DNA of 64,000 nucleotides, from the NCBI GenBank assembly GCA_045803545.1, contig JBJMOW010000002.1:160001-224000 (forward strand). The letters run 5' to 3'. Both the position numbers and the translations under genes were made by a program. The DNA is from Gemmatimonadaceae bacterium (GTDB lineage: Bacteria; Gemmatimonadota; Gemmatimonadetes; Gemmatimonadales; Gemmatimonadaceae). The notes beneath the pieces are model-generated. The model searched no databases. It saw nothing but the letters and a program-made list of their open reading frames with translations, and had not been told where the DNA came from. Shown in pieces: positions 30,791-40,166 of this stretch (position 1 is the first letter of the stretch; the number at the start of each line of letters is the position of its first letter).

Positions 30791-32094
30791 TACGGCGCTC
30801 TCCCGATTCGGTAGACGAGCACTGGTTTTAGTCCCACACCAAGAAGTGTTCTGATCAATTCAGCCGACTGATCGGCCTTTCCGAAGGCACCCGCGTAAAC
30901 CAGTGCGCCTCCGTCGTCCTGCATCAATGCGTAGACCGTGAGTCCGCGATCGGCGTAGCGCTGCAAAGTCGCGCGAACGCTGTCGGCGATTCCACCCTGG
31001 GTCGGCACGCTGTCGACGAGCAACGCCATCGGCGCTGTACCCACGCCGTTTGCGGGAATCGCCGAATTTCGCAAAGCGAGAAGGAGTGAGTCAGCCTGAT
31101 TTCTCCTGGTATAAGCGCCCGCTGTGACTTTGTACCAAATGGTCCGACCAGGCTCGATCGGGATTGGCGAGATCGCCGCGGCGGGCAGCGCTCTGCCGTT
31201 TTTCCTGACGAACAAGTTAGCACCTTCGAGCGTGTTTGCGAATTGCAACTCGACAGTGAATTGCGCGGCATTCGCTGAATCCGCCGAGTTTGCCGGTGGC
31301 GGGACGTGCAGGGTTTCTGCCGGTGCTCGTGGTGGCGCCGGTATCGGTCTTGGCGAGGTGGCAGACCTGGTGGTCACGGCAGGAGCCCGAAGGGGATTTC
31401 TGAACCGAACCAATCCGAAAGCGAGACCGACCGATGCCAAAACAAGGAGCGAGACGGCCGCTAGTACGGGCAAAAACCACCGATTGGCTCTCCAGCTCGC
31501 GGCGCGCTCGCTGATGCGGTGAATGGGGAGTTTGAGTGTTGGCGTCGCAGTCGGCACCCGCGCCAGCATTACGGCGGACGGTGCAGTGGGAAGCTCAGGA
31601 TCCTTCACGAGTACGACGCCATCCAGTTTCTCGAGCAGTTCCGCGAGTCCGGCCGAATCGCGTTCAGCGACGAGTAACAGCAATCCGCCAACTTCAGCAA
31701 AACCGCTGATGATCTTCCGCCACTTCGCGCTGCGAAATACATCTTCACCGATGTCCGGATCCGTCCCGCTCGGCATGATGAAAAGGTTCGCCGTGCCAGG
31801 AACGGGATAGCCGATCCGGTTCAGCGAGACGCCATAGACAAAGCTGTCGGTGATACCATGCGCGTCTTCCTGATTGACTAGGTCGCGGAGAGGCGGGACG
31901 TCACCAACCAGATCGCCGATAACAGTTCGGCGATGTTTCGCCTCGGCGCGAGCGATGCCGCGCGCAACGTAGGCGGCCGCAAAGGGGTCAGAAGAGACAA
32001 CAGCTACCGCGGAGTAGCTGCCGAGCACGGGTGCGATCTGCCGTCCGGCGTCTTCCCAGGCGATTGGGCGCCCGCCGGACACGCGGGCGTTCAA
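30790..32094 (-). CDS. bitopic membrane protein: degenerate MinD/ParA/Wzc-like N-domain, TM, Pro-rich linker, SPOR-like C-domains
   Basis: RRTVIGDL..GITDSF..NLFIMPSG; TM WFLPVLAAVSLLVLASVGLAFGL; WYKVTAGAY and VYAGAF. Confidence 0.65.
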   Translation of the reverse strand: MNARVSGGRPIAWEDAGRQIAPVLGSYSAVAVVSSDPFAAAYVARGIARAEAKHRRTVIGDLVGDVPPLRDLVNQEDAHGITDSFVYGVSLNRIGYPVPGTANLFIMPSGTDPDIGEDVFRSAKWRKIISGFAEVGGLLLLVAERDSAGLAELLEKLDGVVLVKDPELPTAPSAVMLARVPTATPTLKLPIHRISERAASWRANRWFLPVLAAVSLLVLASVGLAFGLVRFRNPLRAPAVTTRSATSPRPIPAPPRAPAETLHVPPPANSADSANAAQFTVELQFANTLEGANLFVRKNGRALPAAAISPIPIEPGRTIWYKVTAGAYTRRNQADSLLLALRNSAIPANGVGTAPMALLVDSVPTQGGIADSVRATLQRYADRGLTVYALMQDDGGALVYAGAFGKADQSAELIRTLLGVGLKPVLVYRIGRAP

Positions 32095-33560
32095 GGGGAG
32101 CCCTCGTAAATCCAGTAGTCGCGCTTCGACGCGCGACCGACCCGATCGGCTTCATCGCGCGTGGCGAAAGGTCCGAGCACGACTCGATAGATCGGCGAGC
32201 CCGCAGTGCTTGTCGATACGACGTGCGCGGTGTTTCCGCCGACCTTGATCGTCATCGCCGTTTGCTGCGCTTTATCCTCACTCAACAGCGCGGCGAACGA
32301 AACCATGAATCCAGTCGTTGGTGTCGTCGGCGGATTGACGGCTGCAGGCCGAGTGGTGTCTGGCGCGGGATTCGTGGGAAGCGTGCTCGAGGCTCCGGAG
32401 CTGGCTGTGCCAGTATCGACGATGCTGTCAGACGGAAACGTCACCGGTTGATCAAGTCCTAGTGCGCGCGGCTTGAATCCGTCCCACGCAAAGAAGTACC
32501 AGAAATCCTTTCCGCCGCCTGCGATCGTCGACTTTGCAGCAAGCTTGACCGGATCTATCAGGATTACGTCTTTTCCGGAGAGCGTAGCCAGCTGGCCTTC
32601 GGGCGTAATAGCGGGTAGATCCGTGTCCCACTTGGTCGGTATAGCGCCGATCAGCCGGTTGTTGCCAATCTCGATCACCCACGCGGAATCGCCTTTGGGG
32701 AACTCCGCCAGCAAATAACGTCCTAACGCATCCATGCGCAGATCAAGCGGCGGTGCGGGCAGCGCAAGACCTTGCCCCACGTTGCCACTGTAGCGATCGG
32801 CCACCGAAAGAGAGCTGTCGGCCACTGTCGCGATGTAAATGCGATCACCACTCGGCGTCGGAGCCAATGTTCGGACGCGACTAGGCAACTGAATCGCACC
32901 CACCGGCGACAGATCTTTCGCTTTCACGCCGACGAGCCCGCTGTCGACAGTGAAATAAATCCTGTCACCGACCTGGGTGCGCACCGCGCGACCGGAGAGC
33001 GGCAGCACTGCACTGTCCTGAACGACGTCATCCGGGGGATGGACCTTCCAGACGAGCGTCTGCGCGCCGTTGTTGGCGGTGACGATGAGATCACCGTTTG
33101 GCTGCGCGAAGACGGCGCGCGCGGGTATTGGCGGCTTGAAATGCCAGTCGGCTGCGGTTGGGTTGAGGCGGACGATTTCGCCTTTTGGATTTATTCCGTA
33201 GATATCCGTGCCATTCGCCGACGTCAGCGAGGTGAGCTTGGCGCGCGACGCTTTTCCGATGTCGGTCTCACGAAGATCGATGCGTCCTGGAAATCCCTTC
33301 GTGTCAACGAAAGCGATCGTGCCCTGATCCGGATCGAAGCCGAGCACTTTCTCGACTGACGGCACTTCGTCGACAACCCAGACGGCGGAGTCGAGATTCG
33401 GATAGCGATAGACCCGACCAGTTCCTCCCGCGCGAGGAACGCGCAGGAGCAACTGCTCGGGTCCATGATTTTCAGCTACCTGGACATTAGTGCTGTCAGG
33501 CGCTGCTCTTTCCTTTGAGCAGGCTGCAAAGAGCAGCGCCAGCAGTACGAAGCGACGCAA
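32091..33560 (-). CDS. lipoprotein with beta-propeller-like region and C-terminal SPOR domain
   Basis: Lipobox FAAC; beta-rich blades (TPSGDRIYI, DALGRYLL); YRVVLGPFATRDEA. Confidence 0.8.
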   Translation of the reverse strand: MRRFVLLALLFAACSKERAAPDSTNVQVAENHGPEQLLLRVPRAGGTGRVYRYPNLDSAVWVVDEVPSVEKVLGFDPDQGTIAFVDTKGFPGRIDLRETDIGKASRAKLTSLTSANGTDIYGINPKGEIVRLNPTAADWHFKPPIPARAVFAQPNGDLIVTANNGAQTLVWKVHPPDDVVQDSAVLPLSGRAVRTQVGDRIYFTVDSGLVGVKAKDLSPVGAIQLPSRVRTLAPTPSGDRIYIATVADSSLSVADRYSGNVGQGLALPAPPLDLRMDALGRYLLAEFPKGDSAWVIEIGNNRLIGAIPTKWDTDLPAITPEGQLATLSGKDVILIDPVKLAAKSTIAGGGKDFWYFFAWDGFKPRALGLDQPVTFPSDSIVDTGTASSGASSTLPTNPAPDTTRPAAVNPPTTPTTGFMVSFAALLSEDKAQQTAMTIKVGGNTAHVVSTSTAGSPIYRVVLGPFATRDEADRVGRASKRDYWIYEGSP

Positions 33561-33563
33561 CGG

Positions 33564-36500
33564 TTAGTAGCTAGCTCCGAGTGAGAAGGTCCAGTTCGGT
33601 TTGCGACCCGTCGACAGCGGGATCGCATAATCCCAGCGCAAAATTGCCAGGTTGAAGAGGTTTACGCGCAATCCCCCGCCGTAGCTGGTCAGCGGATAAC
33701 GATTGAGGTTCGGATCGTTGTTGTCCGGCGCGCGCCCGAGGTGTGGCGATTGACCGCTACTCCATGCGAGCCCGGCGTCGTAGAAAATGAGGCCATCTAC
33801 CGGCGGTAACCCAAAACTGCTCCCGATATCGAAACGGCGAATGATCGGGAATCGAACTTCGGCGTTGGCGACAAGGACTCTGCTACCCGCCAACTGCGCG
33901 TTATTACACGTCGTCTGAGAGTTCAATACCGAAGTGCAATCGTAAAAGTTGAAGTTCTCACGATCGTACCCGCGAACGAAATCGGGCCGACCGATGTACT
34001 TCGGGAATAATCCTTCGTCCGGCCCGACAGAGATCGAGCTCATGAATCTCGTAGCGAAGGTAAGCGTGTTGAAGATGATCGGATCGTAGCGGCGATAATC
34101 GGCGAGAAAATCGCTGAAGTTTACGTTGCCCATGCTATGTCCCGCCTGGAACCGCATCCGTCGTCCCATAATCGGGCCAGTCACACCGAACAAGGTGTTG
34201 TCGGAGACAAACGCAGCGGACGGCGTGACGTAATTCAACGTCTTGAAAGACGTATCTGTCTTGAACTGGACGTCGGTGCAGTAGCCAGCCAGACTGCAAT
34301 CCTGAAAAACGCGCATGACGCTCTGGCCAATGCTATTGAATTGAGCACCCGTCTCGAAGCGACTGAATCGGTTGAACGGGTACTGGCCGATCAGGAACAC
34401 GTTGCGCATCACGTAACGCAGGTAATCGGTCTCGAATCGAACGGCGCCGTTGTCCAGCTGCTTTGTGCCGCCGGCGATCGGGATGTAAACAGGGTCCTGT
34501 GAGACACCTGTCGTGTACTGCAGCCGGTGACTGAGATTGGCATACCCAACGAACGCGCTCGCATCGCTCAGCCTGCCGTAGACATTGCCCGCGACAGCCA
34601 ACTGATGGTTGCCGAGCAGATCGCTGAATACGAACGCCGTTCCGCCGGCAAACATGCCCCCGTAACTCGGTGTGTAACCGACAGACGGATCGGCGATGTA
34701 GTCCGGGTGGAAGGATGCGTGATAAGGATGCTCCTTGAACCGCGCCGTGTCGGGCAAACCGTACAAAGGATCTGCGTTGAGTGAAGAAATGCTGGGCGGC
34801 AGATCAGCCACCAACTCCTGTGTCGGCAGCACCGACGACTGACGCGAGCCAGCCGGCGCGCGATAGGTCGAGGTTGGCTCCCCCGCGCGCGGACGCAGCG
34901 TTGAATCAATCGGCGTAACTGTCGCCGGAGTGGCTGTGACCGCGTTGGCCGCGACAGTGTTGTTCTGGCCGGGCACAAATGCGGCGCGCTTCAATCCGGT
35001 CGGGTGATCGAACGCCCACACCGTGTAATCGCCGCGCTCGAAGTACGTGTACGCCATGCGATCCGCGCCACGCGCCCACGTGATCGCCGGGCTGTACTCG
35101 GTGATGGCACTCACGCCGCCGAGCACGTTGGTGATCTGATAGTGCTGTTGCGACGCGAAATCGTAGAGGAAGATGTTCGGCACGCCGGTGCGGTCGGATA
35201 CGAACGCGAGCTCGCGCCCGTCGGGCGACCACTGTGGATTGAGATTCAATCCATCCTGACCTGGCAAGTTGGTCACCTGCCCGCTGGCAATGTCCAATAC
35301 CGCGATTTGCCACTTGGTCAGCTTGAGGATCTTGAGGTCACTCTGCGGAGTCCGATCTGTTGCGAAGGCGATGCGCGTGCCGTCGGGCGACCACGATGGC
35401 TGCAGATCGGCGTACTCGTCGTTGGTGAGCTGACGAAGATTGCTGCCGTCGACATTCACTATGAAAATGTCGGTGATGCCGCCGTGCGTCCCGCTGAAGG
35501 CGATCTGCCTATCATCGGGTGAGAACACGGGACTCCACACCGCGTCGACCGGCAAATCGAGGCGTTTCTTAACGTTGGCGGACGCGACATCGAGCAAGTA
35601 GAGCACGTCCTTGCCCTGCCGCTCACCCGTAAATGCGAGAGTTTTGCCGTCGTTCGAGAATGAGCTCTGGGAGTAGAGCAGCCGCAGCTCTTCGAAATTC
35701 GGATTGGTAGTGCTGTTTACGAGGCGCTTGATGCGTTTGCCGGTGCGCGCGTCGGCGAGCCAGAGATCGATAAAGACTTCGCCGCGCTTCATGCTGCCGT
35801 TGGACAGGAAGGCAATCAGGTTGCCGTCATGCGAAAGGGCAGGCGCGAGGAAGATCTGACCGCCGCTCTTTCTCTCGGTGAGGAGCGGCTGCGAGAATGT
35901 GCGCGGGCGATCGAGGACAGCTGCCTGCGGCAGGTACTTCGCGTTCATCGCCTCGCGCCAGTCATCGCTCAGCTCGTGCAACGTGAGGCCGAGCTGACGC
36001 TGAAATGCGCGCGCGATACCGAGGGTAGTTACGTTCTGCAGGATTTCGCCGATTGCAGCGTCGCCCCAGCGCGCACCGATGTATTCCCACAGCGATTCAC
36101 CGTAACGATACGGGAAGTACTGATCCGGGCGCTCCGTCATCTGCTCGATCGTCGGCAGCGTTCCGTTGACGACAGCGTCTCGAATCCACGTCTCTGTCAG
36201 CAGGTGATTCGGGCCGCTCGACAGATACTCCGCCATGCCTTCCATGAACCACAGTGGCGGGTCGATCTGATTCAGGGTTTGAAGATTCGCACCCGCCTTG
36301 CCGCGAGCGAAAATGTCGAACTGGAACTCGTGCACCATTTCGTGGGTGAGCACGTGTTCGAAACTCTCGAGATCGCCCGTCATCGGGAAAATCATTCGGT
36401 GACGCAGAGGCTCGGTGACACCGCCGGTACCTTCACCAAGGTCGCCGGTCACGTTGTTCTGGCCGAACTCGGAGCGGGAGGAGAAGACGATGATTGGCTT

Positions 36501-36746
36501 CTTCTCGCGGAACTGGTGGTCAAGCACCTTCGACAGGCGAGCGTACGAACGCTCGGCCATGCGCGCGGCTTCCATCGCGCCGGCGCGCTCTTCCGGATAG
36601 TAGTGGATCGACCAGTGCTCGGTCTCGATTACGCGCCAGTCGAAGTGTTTGTACTGAACCTGATTCATGCCGAAGTACTGCTGTGCATCGAGACGAGCCC
36701 CGACCAGCAGCGCCAGCACGACCAAAGTTGCCCGAACCGCTTTCAT
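33564..36746 (-). CDS. Omp85/BamA-TamA family protein with N-terminal zinc peptidase (MA-like) domain and PD40 propeller
   Basis: HEMVH plus PLWFMEGMAEY; repeated PxWSPDG; VRGYD, NAEVRFP, YGGGLR, terminal FSLGASY. Confidence 0.88.
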   Translation of the reverse strand: MKAVRATLVVLALLVGARLDAQQYFGMNQVQYKHFDWRVIETEHWSIHYYPEERAGAMEAARMAERSYARLSKVLDHQFREKKPIIVFSSRSEFGQNNVTGDLGEGTGGVTEPLRHRMIFPMTGDLESFEHVLTHEMVHEFQFDIFARGKAGANLQTLNQIDPPLWFMEGMAEYLSSGPNHLLTETWIRDAVVNGTLPTIEQMTERPDQYFPYRYGESLWEYIGARWGDAAIGEILQNVTTLGIARAFQRQLGLTLHELSDDWREAMNAKYLPQAAVLDRPRTFSQPLLTERKSGGQIFLAPALSHDGNLIAFLSNGSMKRGEVFIDLWLADARTGKRIKRLVNSTTNPNFEELRLLYSQSSFSNDGKTLAFTGERQGKDVLYLLDVASANVKKRLDLPVDAVWSPVFSPDDRQIAFSGTHGGITDIFIVNVDGSNLRQLTNDEYADLQPSWSPDGTRIAFATDRTPQSDLKILKLTKWQIAVLDIASGQVTNLPGQDGLNLNPQWSPDGRELAFVSDRTGVPNIFLYDFASQQHYQITNVLGGVSAITEYSPAITWARGADRMAYTYFERGDYTVWAFDHPTGLKRAAFVPGQNNTVAANAVTATPATVTPIDSTLRPRAGEPTSTYRAPAGSRQSSVLPTQELVADLPPSISSLNADPLYGLPDTARFKEHPYHASFHPDYIADPSVGYTPSYGGMFAGGTAFVFSDLLGNHQLAVAGNVYGRLSDASAFVGYANLSHRLQYTTGVSQDPVYIPIAGGTKQLDNGAVRFETDYLRYVMRNVFLIGQYPFNRFSRFETGAQFNSIGQSVMRVFQDCSLAGYCTDVQFKTDTSFKTLNYVTPSAAFVSDNTLFGVTGPIMGRRMRFQAGHSMGNVNFSDFLADYRRYDPIIFNTLTFATRFMSSISVGPDEGLFPKYIGRPDFVRGYDRENFNFYDCTSVLNSQTTCNNAQLAGSRVLVANAEVRFPIIRRFDIGSSFGLPPVDGLIFYDAGLAWSSGQSPHLGRAPDNNDPNLNRYPLTSYGGGLRVNLFNLAILRWDYAIPLSTGRKPNWTFSLGASY

Positions 36747-36752
36747 TGTGAC

Positions 36753-37133
36753 CTACTCCTGTGGTTCCAACGCCACCGTTTCCGCATCGCTCCACAAGCG
36801 CTCTATCTGATAGAACGACCGAAGCGTGGGATGGAAGATGTGAACTACAAAATCAAAGAAATCGAGTAACACCCATCGGCCCTGCGGTAACCCTTCCGTG
36901 TGGTGCACGTTCACGCCTGCCTTCTTCATCTCCGCAATCACACTCTCGCCGATGGATCTCACGTGGGTGTCGGAGGTTCCGCTCGCAATGACGAAGTAGT
37001 CAGTCATATCGGTGACGCCAGCAAGATTCAGAATGACGACGTCGTTGGCTTTCATGTCCAGGCAAGCCTGGGCGGCGCGCTGCACTCTTTGCGCGCTCTC
37101 GCGAGCAGTTACAGATGGTAGGGATGTGGCCAT
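36753..37133 (-). CDS. rsfS: ribosome silencing factor
   Basis: DMKANDV, DYFVIASGTS, WVLLDF, RSFYQIERLW. Confidence 0.94.
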   Translation of the reverse strand: MATSLPSVTARESAQRVQRAAQACLDMKANDVVILNLAGVTDMTDYFVIASGTSDTHVRSIGESVIAEMKKAGVNVHHTEGLPQGRWVLLDFFDFVVHIFHPTLRSFYQIERLWSDAETVALEPQE

Positions 37134-37248
37134 GCGGTTCGGTAAAGGTTTATGGCGGCTCGTCGGCCGATACCTGCTATGTAGCTTATCCGTCGCGTCA
37201 AAGTTCCGTGAGGGGTAAGAAAACGCATTTCGCTTGCCACTTACGCGA

Positions 37249-37292
37249 TAAAAAAAGACCTGGCCGTCCATGCGTATAGGACAACCAGGTCA
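37249..37292 (-). terminator. intrinsic terminator after rplI
   Basis: GACCTGG..GTCC-loop-GGAC..CCAGGTC stem followed by a T-run on the minus strand. Confidence 0.75.
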
Positions 37293-37313
37293 TCTCTTTC
37301 CCCCCAACGAGAA

Positions 37314-37757
37314 CTACTGCTTGATGACCCAGACTTTGATCTCCGGGTGAACATCGGCATGCAGCCGGATCGGTACGCGATAGACGCCCAGGGCGCGAAT
37401 CGGCTCGTGCAGATCGATCTGACGCCTCTCGACGTGGTAACCCTGAGCTTCCAGTTGGTGAGCGATGTCAGCAGTAGTCACCGAACCGAAGAGCTTGCCT
37501 TCCTCGCCAACCCGCGCGGAAAATGTGAGCGAGACCTGCTCGAGTTTGGTCGCCTGCTCTGACGCCGTTGTTCGTCTTTGCTCTTCGGCCTGCTCCAGCC
37601 GCTGACGCTCCTGCTCGATACGCTTGCGGTTACCAGCCGTCGCTTCATACGCGAAACCGCGTGGCAGCAAGTAATTGCGTGCGTAACCAGCCGAAACCTT
37701 CACGATGTCACCGGGGTGACCGAGGCTTTCAACTGCTTGTCTGAGTATGACTTCCAT
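37314..37757 (-). CDS. rplI: 50S ribosomal protein L9
   Basis: MEVILRQ, VSAGYARNYLLPRG, GKLFGSVT. Confidence 0.96.
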   Translation of the reverse strand: MEVILRQAVESLGHPGDIVKVSAGYARNYLLPRGFAYEATAGNRKRIEQERQRLEQAEEQRRTTASEQATKLEQVSLTFSARVGEEGKLFGSVTTADIAHQLEAQGYHVERRQIDLHEPIRALGVYRVPIRLHADVHPEIKVWVIKQ

Positions 37758-37818
37758 GTCGCGTAATTCCTTTGCGTTGTCGTTTTGAACGTAATGATAG
37801 TCGAAAAATCGCTGTTGC

Positions 37819-38829
37819 CTATGGCGAACTTGTTTTGACGCGCTTGCGCAGGTCGAGCCAGGTATCGCCGAGGCCGAGCGCAAGTGTCACAGGTACGTAA
37901 ACGGGGGGATAAAGGCTGAGCAGAAACACCACCAGCCATCGTCCCTTCAGCATCCAGGCGAGCACGCCGGTGCCACGCAGCAAATACAGGATTCCGAAGA
38001 AGAGAAGCAGATTGTACCCCGCGTTTCTGCCTTCCTCGAATTGCGGCAGCAGACAAAGCGTGGCGCCGACAGCCAGTCCCCAGATCAGCTGGTCATTGAA
38101 TCGAAAGTCCACGAGCCGGCCGAGGGCTGGCCCGATCTGTATTGGAGATAAACGGCGGTAGACGGCCCAACCGAGGCCCAAGGCTATCAACGACTCGAGC
38201 GCGAGCAGAGCCGGAAGAAGTGATGCAGTGTGAGCGGGTATCTCGCGCATCAGCACTTCCGCTTCGTCGTAACCGGCGTCGATAGTCGGGAACCGCGTAG
38301 CGAAATCCTGCCATTCCGTTGTACTGCGCCGGTCTTCAACGAGTTGAATCGAGCTCGACACCCGGCGGGCAAACTCTTCATCGGCTGCGTGCTCGAAGCG
38401 CGCGATTCCACTCGAGGATGAAAGCGCGACAATGAATCCAATGCCCAGCGCGAGGCCGACCGCGAATAGTGCGCGAGTGAAGAAAGGCATCGCCTCGCTC
38501 CACAGACTGACCAGGCCGAATGAAGCAGCGAGTAGCAGCGCCCAGCCGCGCGCCATCACGTCGTACTGACTACCCGGCGATCCGGCCGGCTGCAGAAGTA
38601 TCCACAGACTGAGCGTGAGCCAGATGACTACCAGTGCCGCACGCGCACCGAGCCGCCACCCAACGATCGCGCACGTGGCCACGATTGGCACCAGCAACAG
38701 GAGTGACTCCTGAATCGGAGCCATTGCTTCCAGGTAAGGCAGATGCGGGCCGGCGAGAAAAGCGGCCAAACCCCAGAGGAGCGGCCACCACGATTCCTTC
38801 TTTGCGCTCGTCGTGGCGGCCGTCGCCAT
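37819..38829 (-). CDS. DUF2232 (YybS-like) membrane protein
   Basis: Multi-TM protein ending in LGLGDTWLDLR, in the usual position between rpsR and rplI. Confidence 0.8.
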   Translation of the reverse strand: MATAATTSAKKESWWPLLWGLAAFLAGPHLPYLEAMAPIQESLLLLVPIVATCAIVGWRLGARAALVVIWLTLSLWILLQPAGSPGSQYDVMARGWALLLAASFGLVSLWSEAMPFFTRALFAVGLALGIGFIVALSSSSGIARFEHAADEEFARRVSSSIQLVEDRRSTTEWQDFATRFPTIDAGYDEAEVLMREIPAHTASLLPALLALESLIALGLGWAVYRRLSPIQIGPALGRLVDFRFNDQLIWGLAVGATLCLLPQFEEGRNAGYNLLLFFGILYLLRGTGVLAWMLKGRWLVVFLLSLYPPVYVPVTLALGLGDTWLDLRKRVKTSSP

Positions 38830-39051
38830 CTAGACCTGATGACCTCGAATGTACGGAATCAGCGCAAGGAAGCGCGCGCGCTTGATTGCCGTCGCCAGCT
38901 GACGCTGATGACGCGCGCAAACTCCACTAAGACGCGAGGGGAGGATCTTGCCCTGGTCCGTGATGAAGCGTCCGAGTGTGCGGTCATCCTTATAGTCGAC
39001 CCAGCGAACGCGGCTCTCGCAGAAAGGGCAGCTCTTTTGTTGTCTTCTCAT
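38830..39051 (-). CDS. rpsR: 30S ribosomal protein S18
   Basis: CPFC, VDYKD, GKILPSRLSG, AIKRAR. Confidence 0.97.
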   Translation of the reverse strand: MRRQQKSCPFCESRVRWVDYKDDRTLGRFITDQGKILPSRLSGVCARHQRQLATAIKRARFLALIPYIRGHQV

Positions 39052-39057
39052 TGTGGA

Positions 39058-39420
39058 TTAATCCTCGTCGTCGTCATCGTCGTCGCGGCGCGTAGCGGCA
39101 ACGAGATCTTCTTCAGACTGCGGCGGAGCACCGACTTCGTGTTCGTGCAGCGTGAGCAGGTAGCGAATGATCCCATCGTCCAGCCTGAGCGCTCTCTCGT
39201 ACTCCGGGAGCACCTTCGGCTCGGCGTTGAATTTCGAGACGACGTAATAGCCGTTCTCGCGCGAGCCGATCGAGTAGGCGAGCTGGCGCCGGCCCCAATG
39301 GGCGACTTCCGGCTTCTCGGCTGTGCCGAGGAGGCCATGGAAGCGGTTGATCTTGTCGTTGATGGCGGCGTCTTCGAGTGTTGAATCGAAGATGTAGACC
39401 GCCTCGTAGGTGCGAGGCAC
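39058..39420 (-). CDS. rpsF: 30S ribosomal protein S6
   Basis: GTG at 39420 with AGGAGG RBS; YEAVYI, WGRRQLAY, acidic tail. Confidence 0.95.
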   Translation of the reverse strand: MPRTYEAVYIFDSTLEDAAINDKINRFHGLLGTAEKPEVAHWGRRQLAYSIGSRENGYYVVSKFNAEPKVLPEYERALRLDDGIIRYLLTLHEHEVGAPPQSEEDLVAATRRDDDDDDED

Positions 39421-39482
39421 TGGCAATCCTCCTTTTGGTCGTAGTCCGCCCCCCGCTGGTTGCCGGAGCAGGGGGAAGGTGT
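39421..39482 (-). promoter_or_regulatory. candidate S6:S18 ribosomal protein leader
   Basis: CCTTCC can pair with the SD (GGAGG) and encloses the hairpin CCCCCTGCT..AGCGGGGG. Confidence 0.45.
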
Positions 39483-39671
39483 GAAGGCCGAAAGTGTTCG
39501 GCCGTTTTGAGAGTGGGGAAGCTAGTCGGACACGGCCTCTAATTCAACCGAAGTCGACGCCCGCCGCGTATACGAGACTGCTCGCCGCGAAGGTGTGGTA
39601 ACTGGCGAAAACAGTCTTTATGTGCCCAGCCTGCGGTCTAGGTTCTAGCCTGCGCCCTTCCGGAGGTTTAC

Positions 39672-40157
39672 ATGCGCAGGAAAACCGTTGGACTCGCCGC
39701 TGGAATTGTCGGAGCGGCAATAATCGCGTTCGTCGTGGCGAGCTGCAGCGACAGCACTTCGCCAGGCAACAAAACCTACATCGCCAATCTTTCACCGGCG
39801 AACGAGGTGCCGGCGAAGACAACGACAGGTACAGGGGTCGCAACGTTTGTCGATCTCGGAAGCGAGATCGATTGGACGCTCGACCTGACCAACATGACGG
39901 GGGTCACGGCGTCGCATATTCATGGGCCGGCCGCGGTTGGAGTGAATACCGGCGTCATTATCAATCTCTTCCTGCCCAATGTTGCAACAGCGACGCTTAA
40001 CGGTGTCGTCGCACACGGCACGATCACGAACGCCAACAACGCCAATATTTCGCTTGACTCACTCCGCACGTTGTTCAACAACGGCAACGCTTACGTCAAC
40101 GTCCACACGACGGTGAATCCTGGCGGCGAGATTCGCGATCAGGTTCACCCGAGGTAG
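39672..40157 (+). CDS. CHRD domain lipoprotein
   Basis: GGAGG RBS; lipobox VASC; LSPANEVP, SHIHG, YVNVHT..PGGEIR. Confidence 0.9.
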   Translation: MRRKTVGLAAGIVGAAIIAFVVASCSDSTSPGNKTYIANLSPANEVPAKTTTGTGVATFVDLGSEIDWTLDLTNMTGVTASHIHGPAAVGVNTGVIINLFLPNVATATLNGVVAHGTITNANNANISLDSLRTLFNNGNAYVNVHTTVNPGGEIRDQVHPR

Positions 40158-40166
40158 ATCGGTCGA

